A DNA stretch of 64,000 nucleotides from the NCBI GenBank assembly GCA_030390025.1, contig CM059432.1, positions 59,708,001 to 59,772,000 of the forward strand, written 5' to 3'. Source of the DNA: Squalus acanthias (lineage: Eukaryota). Within the stretch, counting starts at the first letter, position 1. Each line of letters opens with the position of its first letter. A program made the position numbers and the translations under genes. Positions 37,420-51,060 of this stretch are shown here, piece after piece. The notes below the pieces were generated by a model that made no database searches, was not told the DNA's origin, and saw nothing but the letters and a program-made list of their open reading frames with translations.

Positions 37420-39902
37420 CCATCACCATCGCTAGGTATGTCCTATCCTACCGGCAGGACAGACACACCAGAGGTGGGGGCACAGTGGTATAAAGTCAGG
37501 GCGGGAGTTCTAAACATTGACTCTGGACCCAAGAGTCCAGCTTCAAGTCAAATATGGGCAAGGAAACTTCCTGCTGATTACCACCTATCGCCCTCCCTCA
37601 AGCTGATGAATAAGTACTCCTCTATGTTGAACACCACTTGGAGGAAGCATTAAGGGTAGCAAGGGCGCAGAACGTACTCTGGGTGGGGGACTTCAATGTC
37701 CATCGCCAAGTGTGGCTAGGTAGTGCCATGACAGCATTGGTAGGAGTGACCACCACACAGTCCTTGTGGAGACCAATTCCCATCTTCATATTGAGGACAC
37801 CCTCCATCATGTCGTGTGGCACTACCACTGTGTTAAGAGGATAGATCTAGCAGCTCAAAACTGGACACCCACAAGGTGCTATGGGCCATCAGCAGCAGCA
37901 GAATTGTATACCACTACAATCTGTAACCTTATGGGCCAGCATATCCCTCACTTCCCCATTACCATCAAGCCAGGTGACCAACCCTGGTTCAATAAGGACT
38001 GTAGAAGAGCATGCTGGAAACAGCACCAGGCACACTTGAAAATGAGGTGCCAACCTGGTGAAGCTACAACACAGGACTACATGCATGCTAAACAACGAAA
38101 ACAGCATGCTACAGATAGAGCTAAGCGATCCCATAACCAACGGATCAGGTCAAAGCTCTGTCATCCTGTCACATCCAGCCGTGAATGGTGGTGGACAGTT
38201 AAGCAACTAATGGGAGAAGAAAGCACCGTGAACATTGCCATTCTCAACAATGGTGGAGCTCAGCACATGTGCAAAAGACAAGGCTGAAGCATCTGCAACC
38301 AACTTCAGCCAAAAGTGTTGAGTGGATGATCCTTCTTGGCCTCCTCATGAGGTTCCCGCCATCATGATGCCCGTCTTCAGACAATTCGATTCACTCCACG
38401 TGACATCAACAGATGAGTGCACCGGACACAGCAAAGGCTATGGTCGCTGACAAAACCCCAGCTGTGGTACCCCAGCTGTAAAAGACCTGTGTTCCAGAAT
38501 TAGTTATCCTCCTAGGTAAGCGGTGGCAGTGCTCCTAAAACACTTGCAGCTACCTGATAAAATGGAAAATTGACCAGGTATGTCCTTGCCACAAAAAACA
38601 GGACAAATCCAACGCTGCAAATTACCGCCCCATCAGTCAGCAAAGTGATGGAAAGAGTTGTCAACAGTGCTATCAAGCGCCACTTACTCACCAATACTCA
38701 GTTTGGGTTCTACCGGGACCACTCAGCTCCAGAACTAATTACAGCCTTGGCCCAAACATGGACACAAGAGCTGAATTCCAGAGGTGAGATGAGAGTGGCT
38801 GCCCTTGACATCAAGGCAGCATTTGACCAAGTGTACTACCAAGGAGCCCTAGTAAAATTGAAGTCAGTGGGGATTAAGGGAAAACTCTGCAGTGGCTAGA
38901 GTCATGCCTAGAACAAAGGAAGATGGTTGTGGTTGTTGGAGGCAATCATCTCAGCCCCAGGACATCGCTGCATGAGTTCCTCGGGGCATCGTCCTAGGCC
39001 CAACTAACCTCAGCTGCTTCATCAATGCCCTTCTCTCCATCATAAGGTCAGAAGTGGGGCTGTGCACTGATGATTGCACAGTGTTAATCTTCCTTCACAA
39101 TTCATCAGATAATGGAGCAGTTTATGCCGACACGCAGCAAGACCTGGACAATATCAAGGCTTAGGCTGATAAGTGGCATGTAACATTTGTGCCATGTAGG
39201 CGCCAGGCAATGACCATCTCCAACAAGAGAGAGAATAACCACCATCCTTGACATTCAATGGGAATACCATCGTCGAATGCCCCACCATCAACAGCCTGGG
39301 GATCGTCATTGACCAGATACTCAACTGGACCAACCACATAAATACTGTGGCTACTAGAGCAGGTCAGAGGCTGGGTATTCTGTGGTGACTGACCCACCTC
39401 CTGACTCACTAAAGCCAGTCCATCATCTACAAGGCACAAGTCAGGAATGTGATGAAATATTCTCCACTTGCCTGGATGGGTGCAGCTGCAACAATACTCA
39501 AGAAGCTCGACACCAACCAGGAAAAAGTAGTCCGGTTGATTGGCACCCCATCCACTGGCGTAAAAGTCCACTCCCTCCACCACCAGCATACCGTGGCTGC
39601 AGTGTGTACTATCTACAGGATGTACTGCAGCAGGTTCCAAGGTATCTTCGGCAGCATCACCCAAACCCACAACCTCCACCACCTAGATGAACAAGGGCAG
39701 CAGGTGCATGGGAACACCATCACCTCCAAGTCACATACCATACTGACTTGGACATATATCGCCGTACCTTCATCGCCGCTGGATCAAAATCCTGTAAGTC
39801 CCTACCTAACAGCATTGTGGAAGTATCTTCACCACACAGACAGCAGTGGTTCAAGAAGAAGGCTCACTACCTTCTCAAGGGCAACTAGAGATGGGAAATA
39901 AA
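37420..39902 (+). mobile_element. Second LINE family (L2/CR1-group): endonuclease to RT to 3' tail, degraded
   Basis: WVGDFNVH, PGDQPWFN, LDIKAAFD, decayed PQG/ADD region, YSPLAW; tail resumes at 40738-40790 after nested insertions. Confidence 0.88.
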
Positions 39903-40011
39903 GGAAAATTTTGTGGCGCTATGGGGAAAGAGCAGGGGAATGGGATTAATTCGAAGAGTTGGCACAGGCACAATGGGCCGAATGGCCTCCTTCTGTGCTG
40001 TAAGATTCTAT
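39903..40011 (+). mobile_element. CR1 3'-terminal fragment inserted into the LINE tail
   Basis: GCTATGGGGAAAGAGCAGGG...GGGCCGAATGGCCTCCTTCTGTGCTGTAAGATTCTAT; tail continues at 40726-40738. Confidence 0.8.
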
Positions 40012-40725
40012 GGGGGAAAAAATTGGGTCGCACCTCCTTTGGGGCGCTAATTTTGCCGGGGCGCTACTTTTAGCGCCCCGAAAATGTTAGCACCCCCGCG
40101 CCCAAAATTCACCAGTAGCACCCCAAGAGGGAGGCGGGGCGCTACTAGAAGCGCCCCGCCTCCCTCTTGGGGCGCTGCGAGTGAATATCGCGGCGCTATG
40201 TGCTGCAGCACGTCACGCTGTGGTACTGCAGGCCTTCCTCCCCTTATTAAAGGGGAGGGGCCTAGCGCAGTGCGACTCGGGGCCCAACTGGGGCACCAGG
40301 GATCGGAGTGCCGGCAAAAGAGCCCGGCACTCAAGAGAAGTGCCGGGCTCACGGAGCGCAGCCGGCACTCCGCGGGGGGGGGGGGCTGCTCAGAAGGCCG
40401 GGGACGGCAAAGCAGGCAGGCGCTGGCAGGCGGCTAGCAACAAAAATCGCCGCCCGGCACCTTCCCTTTAATTAGCGCCGCCCTGGCTGCAGGTAGGCCC
40501 CCCTGACCCCGTCGGACATAGCATCCGGCGGTAAGTCAGGGGGCGCTACCGAAGATCGCAGCCGGGGCGCGAGCGGGGTGCTAATGGTTACCACCGCCGC
40601 TAACCTCCCGCTGAATTTCACGGGAGGCGTTAGCGGCACTGCGCCCAGGCGCTGGTTGCTTTTCGCCCCATTAGCGCCCTCTTAGGACACTAACGGGAGG
40701 CGCTAATCAACCGAATTTTTCCCAC
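40012..40725. mobile_element. GC/CpG-rich Harbinger-type MITE (714 bp)
   Basis: TIRs GGGGGAAAAAATTGGGT / ACCGAATTTTTCCCAC; TSD TAT (40009-11, 40726-28); right end similar to copies B and C. Confidence 0.85.
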
Positions 40726-41329
40726 TATGATTCTATGAAATTCTGACCTTGCCAGTGACGGCCACATCCCAAGAACTAATTAAAAAAAGTTTTGCAATGA
40801 TATTCATAAGTGGCAGTTTCACATTATATATCAGGGCAGTTTTCAGATAATTACATGCAGGAAAGTTAAGAATTTTGCACAAAATAATCAGAGCATGAGC
40901 TACAATACAGTGCCATCTAGTGGCAGCATTTGGACACACCTCATCACATTGTTCTGAAACATTCACACACAGCACTGAACTTGTTATAACTTGTTATGTA
41001 GGCAAATGTGGCAGCTACTTTTTATACAACAAGGTCTCACAAACAGCAATGAGTAAGAAAGACTTCTAGTTGACCGGTAGGGTTCCCAACTCTTGTTGGA
41101 CGCATTCCTGGAGGTTTCATCACATGGCCTGCCGCTTCCAACTGCCCTGCCCAGTCAAACAGCCTTTTTTACCCATCTCCAATATTACATAGATTTAACA
41201 GCACAGAAACGGTTCATTTGGCCCAACAGGTCTATGCCGGTGTTTATGCGCCACTCGAGCCTCCACCCACCTTACTTCATCTCACCCTATCAACATATCC
41301 TTCTATTCCTTTCTCCCTCATGTACTGAT

Positions 41330-41706
41330 GGGTACGGTAGCATAGTGGTTATGTTATTGGATGAATAATCCAGAGGCATAGACTAATGATCTGGTGATGT
41401 GAATTCAAACCCCACCATGGCAGCTGGGGAATTTAAATTCAGTTAATTAAATAAATCTGGAATAAAAAGCTAGTATCATTAATGGTGACCATGAAAACTA
41501 CTGGATTGTTGTAAAAACCCATCTGGTTCACTAATGTCCTTTAGTGAAGGAAATCTGCCGTTCCTACCTATAGTGATTCAAGAAGAAGGCCCACAGCAAT
41601 ATGGTTGACTCTTCACTGCCCTCTAACCATCACTTTCTCAAGGGCAATTAGGGATGGGCAATAAATGCTGGCCTTGCCCAGATCATGTGAACAAATAACA
41701 AAAAAC
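41330..41706 (+). mobile_element. tRNA-derived SINE with 3' tail shared with the second LINE family; inserted in a minus-strand CR1 fragment (~41187-41985)
   Basis: A-box-like TAGCATAGTGG, B-box-like ATTCAAACCC; tail TTCTCAAGGGCAATTAGGGATGGGCAATAAATGCTGGCCTTGCC and A-rich end. Confidence 0.78.
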
Positions 41707-42467
41707 TTATCTAGCTTCCCTTAAATACATCTATGGTATTGGCCTCAACTCCTTGTGGTAGCGAGTTCTATATTCTCACCACTCTCTAAGTAAAGAAACT
41801 TCTCCTGAATTCCTTATTGGATTTTTTAGTGATTAACTTATAATCATGGCCCCTAGTTTTAGGATTACCCCACAAGTGGAAACATTTTCTCTACGTCTAC
41901 CCTGTCAAACCCCTTCATAATTTTAAAGACCTCAATCAGGTCACCTGTCAGTCTTGTCTTTTCATCGAGAAAAGAGCCCCAGTTTCAGCAGTCTCGAAGG
42001 CCAGATGACACATGTTTACATTTAGATTCACTTTATCACCTATCACCCACCCCCCAACTGGAGACTCAGTTCTCTTGTTAGGCCTTTCTAACCCAAACAT
42101 TGGTACTTTCTGTGCAACTTTGAGAGCATAATATTTAACCGGCCTAGAGACATCTAGATAGGGACTGGTACCAAAAGTGGATCAGTAGTTATGGAATGCA
42201 GGTGCCTTTGGATTAGTGTAGCTGTATAAACAGGGTAAAATCATAGTCAAAGGTAGGGAGTTGAAGAAGGGAGGCATCTGGAGGGTTGAGTTTACCTGAC
42301 TAATGTGTGTGTCTTTTGGGCGAATTATCCTTTGTAATCCCGGAGTTGGCCGTGAGTATGTAACAGTTAGGCCAAGAAATTGGGTGGTTTATCGCCACAC
42401 GTTAACGCCATAATCGGGTGGAAAAATGGCGGCCGTCGCTATTCCGCCAGCTGGCGGCGGCTCCCGC

Positions 42468-43180
42468 AGTTCGCCATCCATCACTGCATCCAGGAGGTCA
42501 CTGAGGCTCTCTACACCAGGAGAAGGGACTACGTTGTCTTCTCTCTGAATAGCGAGAAGCAGGACAAGCACGCATGTGGCTTTGCCAGGATAGCGGGCTT
42601 CACCATGGTGCAGGGCATCAGCGACTGCACACACGTGGCTTTGTGGGGGCTGTATAACAATCCTGAGATCTTCCGTAACCATAAAGGCTACCACTCACTT
42701 AATATACACTTGGTGTGTGACCACGCCCAGAGATTCCTGATGGTCAATGCCCGCTATCCTGGCAGCAGCCATGATGCCTTCATTCTGCTTCAGTCCGGTG
42801 AGCCAACAATCTTCCAGTCACCACAGGAAACTCAAGGGTGGCTGCTCGGAGACAAGAGCTATCCGATCTCCGCCTGGCTCATGACTCCCTTCCGCAACCT
42901 CACCACTCGTGCCCAGCACTCAGGTAATGAGAACCATGCTTCCACCAGGAACATCATCGAGCAGACCATCGGGCTACTGAAGCAACGGTTCTGCTGCCTT
43001 GACTGCTTGGGAGGAGTTCTCCAGTACATGGCTGAGCGGTTGTCCCATTTTGTGGTGGTCTGCTGCATGCTTCACAATTTGGCCATCATGAGGACGCAGC
43101 GCTTGCCACCAGGGATCGCGGGACCACCTCAGGAGGAAGACGAGGGAGAGGAGGAGGAGGACAAGGAAGAGGATGAGTAG
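42468..43180 (+). pseudogene. Harbinger transposase, C-terminal DDE portion (open frame, N-terminus missing)
   Basis: QGISDCTHV, KGYHSLNIHLVCD, PGSSHDAFIL, LLGDKSYP, RNIIEQTIGLLKQRF, CCMLHNLA. Confidence 0.9.
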
Positions 43181-43479
43181 GAAGGGAGCATGGAGACAGC
43201 CAATCCCCCTTCCAGACAGGCTGACTGTAAACGGCTCATCAGACTTTGATTCCAATGAATGAAACCCCAGATCCCCGTTGCTCACCACATCCCCATCATA
43301 GCATCCCTCCATCACAGAATAATCTCAGCGTCCTCCTGGGCACAAAGCTGAAATGAGAGACACCACAAAAGATTCCAAACAAAATTAATAAATTTATCAA
43401 AAATCACATATTTACAGCAAAAATATGAACTAATCACCCTTGTGCAATCCCTTAGTGCCTGTCGTTTGTGTGCCTTTTC

Positions 43480-45246
43480 CTACTCTAGTGCTCCTACGAA
43501 GTGTTCCCCCAGTGGCTGCAGTATGGCTGGTGGAAGACTGCTGAGTTTCCATGGGGGGGACAAAAGATGGCCTTGCAGGATGACCTCGAGCAGCTCAGGC
43601 CTTAGAAGGCCCGGCTGCAGACTTCACCACCTTCACATGGGCGGCAGCAGTCTGGGCTGGCTGGCTGACAGGCAGCGGCAAGGGCAATGGTGGAGTGGCA
43701 GTGGTGGGAACACGAATGCAGTCATGTTGAGAGAGGACAGCTGAGTCCTGCTCCACTGTGTCGCCCCGGGGGAGTGGCAGTGGGTCAGTGGATCAATCAG
43801 AGCTTGGGTGGCGTCAAACTGAGACTGCATGACAGTGGTCTGAGCTTGGGTGTCATCACGCTGAGACTGCATGAGAGCAGTCTGAGTTTGGATGGCACCA
43901 AGCAGAGACTGCATGAGAGCGGTCTGCCCTTCCGCTGCAGCACTAAGGCGTTGGGTCGCTTCTGCCTGTGCTGCAATGGCAGATGCGGCATCACCCATCA
44001 CACGCACCATCACATCTGGTGCGACATGGTCTCTTCGGGAGTCTTCCATCATTTTCAGCCTGGAAATCCTGGGCTCCAAGCTCTGCGCAGAGCCCCGTGC
44101 AATGTTGGAGGCAAACTCCTCTATGCTCCTTGACATTGCCACGAGGCTCTCTGGGAGGCTTGCCATTGCGCCTATCAATTCAGTGTGCATGCCCAGCACC
44201 CTTATTCTGAAGGCCGCCCCATCAAGCTCCTCATCTGAACTCTCACGCGAACTCGCCCTCTGGGGAGCTGGCCCCTGAGCTACCCTGTCCCCCTGGCCTT
44301 GCTGCAGCCCACTCATGCCCGGTGCCTCACCCTGTGCAGATCCTGCTACTACACTAGCCTCTAAAGTACGCGTAGTGCCAGTTTCTGAGCTGGTGTCTGT
44401 GAGTGACAGATGCGATGTCTTCTTCTTCCTCTTCTTCTCCCCCCTTGCTCGTCTTCTTCTTCCTCTTCTTCTGCCCCCTCGCATACAGCTTGAAAGTCAG
44501 ACGAGATTGTGGGATGAGGGGGAAGTGGGATGTGAGAAGAAGGATTAGGAATGTCCATACCGTCATTGTCCCCAAGAGGTTCAACCTCGCCAGTTGCCAC
44601 GGCCTCTACGATCTGCTGCCCAATGATTTGCACAACTCTCTCCTCCAGCTAGCTGAGGTCCTGCATGTCAGCCTGCACCCCGCCTGTCTGTTGTTGCTCC
44701 CTCCGGTTGTGAGCCACCTTGGCCTGCAAGACAAAGAGAAGTGCGTGAGTGTGGTGCAATGGGTTTGGCTGATATGCCTGATATGGTTGAATAGTTGTCA
44801 GTGTGTGCAAGATGTGAGATGTGGGTGTGATTGTTATAGCAGTGGTAACGTTGCGAGGGTGAAGTGAAGCTATGATTGTGAGGTATGAGTGGTGATAGGT
44901 AGAGATTGTTGGTAGGTGAATGCTGGGGGTGTGGTGCATTGAGTAGTGTGTGAGGCTTGTGGTGCAGTTGCTGGGATATGGCATTTGCTGAAGCCTTCAC
45001 CCACCTTGACCACCTGTGTGAGGTCATTAAACTTCTTTCGGCACTGGATGGCAGACCTTGGAACCACAGTGCTGGCCGTCACATGTGCGACTATCTCCTG
45101 CCACATTGTTCGGGAGGTGTATGGCGAGCGCTTCCTTCCAGTTTGGGGGAAAAGTCAGCCCACCTCCTCTCCACGGCCACAACCAGTACTTCCAGAGCTG
45201 CGCCCGAAAATCTCCGAGCTCTCTACCTTTGAGGATGCTCTGCCAT
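43480..45246 (-). pseudogene. Harbinger Myb/SANT-like gene, 3 exons, disabled
   Basis: WQEIVAHVTASTVVPRSAIQCRKKFNDL; exon 2 AKVAHNRREQQQTGG; exon 3 ORF 43633-44484; early in-frame TAG. Confidence 0.82.
43800..43925. repeat. Three tandem 42-bp units (14-aa repeat) in Myb-like exon 3
   Basis: GAGACTGCATGA core recurs every 42 bp; encodes QTALMQS.../QTALMQS.../QTTVMQS... Confidence 0.85.
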
Positions 45247-45949
45247 TGCTTTGGAGCTCCTTACTTTTCCTTCTTCTTTTTCTGTTTTATCTTCTTGTGG
45301 CAGCTGCAGTTGGAACTGCCTTGACAATGAGGTGATGTAGCATCAATGCACCTCCTCTTTAAGTAGTGGAAAAAGCTTGTGCCACACAGGACTAGGAATT
45401 AGACTGCCCCGATATTGGTCCACCTGTTGAGCGTTAAGCTAATGAGCAGCAGTTTTAGCGCTGAAATCATGACTATAATCATGTTAATGAGGAGTGAGCA
45501 CGAATTTTGCATGCTACCTAGACCATTTTGTGGTGGCGCAGCTTAACATCGTTAGGCCTTAACACGGCTATATCCAATTTCTAGGCCTTAATCTTTAATA
45601 AACCACAAATGTTTGACTCTGTGTCCAAGAATTCATTCTTGGCATATAGGCACAGGACTGCAGCCTTTGTCTATATTATTACAAAAGTCACATTCCTAAC
45701 TGTACCTCTATCTGTATAATGGCTTCATAAAATGTTACATACAATTACATAGAATTTACAACACAAAAACAGGGCATTTGGCCCAACAGGTCTATTTATG
45801 CTCCACACGACCTCCTACCACCTTATTTCATCTCAACGTATCAACATATCCTTCTGTTCCTTTCTCCCTCATGTACTTATCTAGCCACCCCTTAAATGCA
45901 CCTATGCTATTCACCTCAACCACTCCATGTGGTTGCAAGTTCTACATCT

Positions 45950-47197
45950 TAACTGGGATGTAACTGGGAAAATAGATAAGGGAGAACCAGTAGATGTGGT
46001 GTATTTGGACTTTCAAAAGGCTTTCGATAAGGTCCCACATAAGAGATTAGCGTGTAAAGTTAAGGCACATGGGATTGGGGGCAAGGTATTGACTTGGATA
46101 GAGAACTGGTTGGCGGACAGAAAGCAGAGAGTAGGAATTAATGGGTCTTTTTCCGAGTGGCAAGCAGTGACTAGTGGGGTACCGCAGGGATCGGTCCTTG
46201 GACCCCAGCTATTCACAATATACATTAATGATCTAGATAAGGGAACTAAATGTAATATCTCCAAGTTTGCAGATGACACAAAGCTGGGTGGGAGTGTGTG
46301 CTGCGAGGAGGATACCGAGAAACTCCAGGATGATTTGGACAGGTTGGGTGAGTGGGTAGGAGCGTGGCAGATGCAATATAACATGGATAAGTGCGAGGTT
46401 ATCCACTTTGGTGTCAAAAACAGAAAGGCAGACTATTATCTGAATGGCAATAGATTGGGAGAAGGGGAAGTGCAACGAGACCTGGGTGTCCTTGTGCACC
46501 AGTCGCTGAAAGTAAGCATGCAGGTGCAGCAGGCGGTGAAGAAGGCAAATGGTATGTTGGCCTTCATAGCGAAAGGGTTTGAGTATAGGAACAGGGATGT
46601 CCTGCTGCAGTTGTACAGGGCCTTGGTGAGACCACACCTTGAGTACTGTGTGCAGTTTTGGTCGCCTTATCTGAGGAAGGATGTTCTTGCCATGGAAGGA
46701 GTTCAGCGAAGATTCACAAGGCTGATACCTGGGATGGCAGGAATGACATATGAGGAGAGATTGGGTCGATTGGGCTTATACTTGCTGGAGTATAGAAGAA
46801 TTAGAGGGGATCTCATCAAAACATATAAAATTCTGACAGGTCTGGACAAACTAGATGCAGGAAGAATGTTCCCGATGGTCAGAGAGTCCAGAACCAGGGG
46901 TCATAATCTAAGGATAAGGGGTAAGCCATTTAGGACAGAAATGAGGAAGAATTTCTTCACCCAGAGAGTGGTGAACCTGTGGAATTCTCTACCGCAGAAG
47001 GTAGTTGAGGCCAAGTCATTAAATATATTCAAGAATGAGTTAGATATATTTCTTAAAGCTAAAGGTATCAAAGGATATGGGGAGAAGGCAGGGACAGGGT
47101 ACTGAGTTTGGATGATCAGCCATGATCTCATCGAATGGCGGAGCAGGCTCGAAGGCCGAATGGCCTACTCCTGCTCCTATCTTCTATGTTTCTATGT
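45950..47197 (+). mobile_element. Young 5'-truncated CR1 LINE with uninterrupted RT C-terminal frame
   Basis: ORF 45927-47105 has no stop from DVVYLDFQKAFDKVPH through FADD to GYGEKAGTGY*; TTCTATG tail; inserted in an older minus-strand CR1 fragment (~45745-47255). Confidence 0.95.
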
Positions 47198-49667
47198 TAA
47201 CCACTCTCTAGGTAAAGTAATGCCTCTTGAATTCCCTATTGGAAATATTAGTGACTATGGGCTGAATTTTAATCTGCAGGAGCGCATGGGTTTGGGTGTG
47301 GATTGGGTTAAAACCGGCGAAATTGACAGGCTCCAACTCACTAACTTCCGCATTTCACTGCAGCGCTTTAGGCTGCGTGCGAGCAACCACTTAAGGTATG
47401 TTAATCGCTCAATTAGAACGATATTGACATGGGATTTCTACTTTAACTTTGGGCTTCCTGGAACTCGCCGGTGAAAGCAAGGTGAGAACAAAGCAGCAAT
47501 TGAGGGGGCTGAAGCCGTATCAGGGAAATATACCAATAAGTACTCAGTACTCACAGCTACTTTCTTACCTACTTGTGGGAAAGCATTTGTTCACAGTACT
47601 TGTGCTGAGAGGTTACTTTACACACTTTGGAGGTCTCTTCAACACTTTGGAGGTGTCATCTACATTTTGGAGGTTTGGAACTCTGATCTATCAGATCAGC
47701 ATGGGTGCCGCTTACACTGCCTTATATTGAACCTCAGATGAGGATGAAGATGACCAGCAACAGCACCAGCAACAGCAACAGGCTGCTGCTCACAGACCCG
47801 TAGCTTCACAGGAGAGAGGGGAGCAGCAGAGAGCTGCAGCTTGCAGGAGGCCATACCTGGCACACAGGGTCTACAGGCAGTAGATGAGCTTCCTCGACAT
47901 GTCTGAACACCAGTGTCTCAGGAGGCTCAGGGTGTTGCATCAGGTGGTGGCAGACATTTGCAGGCTGCTGGAACAAGACCACCTGCCAACTGGACCTGGT
48001 GGCCACGCTTGACCAGTGACTGTCAAAGTCACCACCGCCCTCAACTTTTTTGCCTCTGGATCCTTCCAGGGCTCTGCCGGAGACATTTGCGGGATCTCAC
48101 AGTTAGCGGCACACAAATGCTTAAGACAGGTAACTGATGGCTTGTTTGCTGGGGCCGTCAATTATGTCAACTTTGCCTGCGATGACGCCAGTGCAGGTGC
48201 TCAGGTTTGCGGCTCTGGCTGGCTTCCCACAGGGGCAGGGCATCATTGACTGCACATATGTGGCAGATAAGGCACCCATAGATCACCCAGGAGTGTTTGT
48301 CAACTGCAAGGGCTTCCACTCCATCAATGTGCAGCTGGTGTACAACCACAAAAAGATCTTTATGCAGGTGTGCGGAAGATTCCAGGGCAGTTGCCATGAT
48401 GCTTTCGTCCTGCACCAGTCCACCCTCCCAGACTTTGCACCTGGAAGCAGTTACAGGCTGGCTGCTGGAAGATAAGGGATACCCACTTAAAATGTGGCTG
48501 ATAACACCTCTCAGAAACCCAAGGAATGAGGCCCAGGAGCGCTACAATGAATGCCACATGACCACCAGATGTGTCATTGACAAGCCATTGGCATGCTGAA
48601 GATGCACTTCAGGTGCCTGGACAGATCTGGAGTTGCCCTTCAGTACGCACCAGCTAGGGTCTCCAGAATGGTCATGCTGTGCTGTGCTCAGCACAACATT
48701 GCATAGCAGCAAGGTTTGGATCTTCAGGAAAATCAAGGTGCAAAGCACAGAGCTCCTTTGGAGGATTCCGAGGAGGAAGAGAAGGATGAAGATGAGGAGG
48801 AGGAGGAGGAAGATGAGGAGGTGGAAGGTGATGCGGACAATGCACCACCTGCGGCGCACATTGCTGCCCGGGATACTTGTGAAGTGCAACTCACCATGTG
48901 AGAACCTAACTAGCTCTGTAACTACTGCCACGAAAGTGCAAGTATCTGAGCTGGTACATGGTCTGCATAAGTCCTACGGTGGTGCACCCTCAGAGGGAGT
49001 GAGCTCCTCTGAGGAGTCATCATTGTGGGAAACCTCTACCACCTTCTGATGGATGTGTGAAGGCCCTGTGGGAGATAAAAGACATGAATGAGTACAGTCA
49101 AGGTAAGAATGCTTTAAGTTATCATTCTGCACATGATCATATTTCAGTCGCTGTTGACATTAAGTCAACTTGAGTATGCCATGTGACTGCCTGATGTTTA
49201 ATTCTGTCACCAGGTATCTGGAAGACCCCTACCTCGGACAGCCAGGCACACCGAGACTCCGCCGATCTCCAGCGCCTCCTCCTCTGCAGCTGCTAATTCA
49301 GAGATCTGCGGAGGGCCACCTCCGGTTCTCTGCCCCTTCCTGCTGTTCTGTACTCTTTTCTCCTGCAAGAAGGGAAAGAAGAGACCTATGAGTGAGAGTA
49401 ATGTGTTCACCCGATGGATGGAGAGCATTTGTTGAGCGTGACTATGAAGGATAGGCATGGCATTGCACAAGGATGAGGGTGAGTGTCAGTGGTGGATGGA
49501 TAGATGGGGATGTGAGGAAGTGCGTAGACAGAGAGGGATGGATGCACCTGCAAGGTAAGTTGGTGTGAGGAGTGATGTGCTGGAGTAGGCTTGAGAAGGC
49601 AGAGTGAGGGGGCTAGAGTGATACGCACATCAGAATTCAGGGCAATGTGCCATTACTCTCATGTTTC

Positions 49668-50911
49668 ATAGAGTCAATAGAGTCATAAAGGCACAGAAGG
49701 AGGCCATTTGGCCCATCGAGTCTATGCCGGCTCTCTGTAGAGCAATCCAGTCAGTCCCATTCCCCCGCTCTAATAGCCCTGCAAGTTTATTTCCTTCAAG
49801 TGCCTATCCAGTCTCCCCTTGAAAACATTGAGTGTCTCCGCTTCCACCACTTCCGTCGGCAGCGAATTCCAGGTCATCACCACTCGCTGCGTAAAAATGT
49901 TTTCCCTCACGTCCTCCCTGTATCTCTTGCCCAAAACCTTAAATCTGTGCCCCCTAGCCCTTGTACCATCAACTAGTGGGAACAGCCTTTCCCCGTCTAG
50001 CCTATCCAAACCCATCATAATCTTGTACACCTCTATCAAATCACCCCTCAACCTCCTTTGCTCTAATGAAAACAAATCCAGCTTCTCCAACCTGTCCTTG
50101 TAGCTAAGATCCCCCATCCCCGGAACCATTCTGGTAAATCTCCTCTGCACCCTCTCAAGGGCCTTCACATCCTTCCTAAAGTGTGGTGACCAGAACTGGA
50201 CGCAATACTCCAGTTGTGGCCTAACCAGCGCTTTATAAAGGTTCAGCATAACTTCTCTACTTTTGTACTCAATACCTCTATTTATGAAGCCCAAGATCCC
50301 ATATGCTTTGTTAACCACTCTCTCAATATGTCCTGCCACCTTCAAGGACCTATGCACATTAACTCCCAGGTCCATCTGTCCCTGCACACTCTTTAAAACT
50401 GTGCCATTAAGTATATATTGCCTCTCCCTGTTCCTTCTGCCAAAATGCATCACCTCACACTTCTCTGTATTAAATTCCATCTGCCACTTGTCTGCCCATT
50501 CTGCTAGCCTTTCTATGTCCTGTTGCAGTCGATTGATATCATCCTCACTGTTTGCCACACCCCCAAATTTGGTGTCATCGGCAAATTTAGAAATTCTACT
50601 CTGTATTCCAATATCCAGGTCATTTACATATATCAAAAAAAGCAGTGGCCCCAGCACTGACCCTTGGGGAACACCACTGTCTACCATCCTCCAGTCTAAA
50701 AAACTGCCATTCACCACAACTCGCTGTTTTCTGTCCTTAAGGCAATTCCTTATCCAAGCTGCCCACTTATTCCATGAGCCTCAATTTTGTTAACCAGCCT
50801 TCTATGTGGTACTTTTTCAAACGCCTTCCAAAAATCCATGTAGACAATATCCATTGCATTCCCATCATCAATCCTCTCTGTTACTTCATCGAAAAATTAA
50901 ATTAGATTAGT
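49668..50911 (-). mobile_element. CR1 LINE RT + 3' end (same subfamily as 737-2935)
   Basis: ORF 49770-50717 GVPQGSVLGP...FADDTK...INLQGY; very similar to 737-1350. Confidence 0.95.
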
Positions 50912-51060
50912 TTCCTGCCCTGCATATGTCATTGAAGCGTTTCCTGCATTGGATCCAAGAATGTGGCATCACACTCCTGCTGCTGTCCTCCTGGGCATCC
51001 TCTAACCACACCTTCTTTGTGTCAGCAGCAGGCTTCTTCCTCCCATTACTAGGGAATAGT

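Larger units (their letters stand above)
42370..45587. mobile_element. PIF/Harbinger transposon (3218 bp), second family, transposase 5' end deleted
   Basis: TIRs GGCCAAGAAATTGG / CCAATTTCTAGGCC; TSD TTA (42367-69, 45588-90). Confidence 0.9.

Noticed and set aside
40012..40725. CpG island or promoter
   Set aside because: GC/CpG richness is confined exactly within MITE TIRs and TSD
41078..41185. hAT element starting TAGGGTTCCCAAC
   Set aside because: Only one TIR-like end found and no TSD, so not called as a feature
41330..41420. tRNA gene
   Set aside because: Degenerate A/B boxes without a cloverleaf; continues into a SINE body
42380..43180. 266-aa ORF as a domesticated host HARBI1 gene
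   Set aside because: Lies between TIRs with a TSD, lacks the N-terminal region and an ATG start, and is paired with a disabled Myb-like gene
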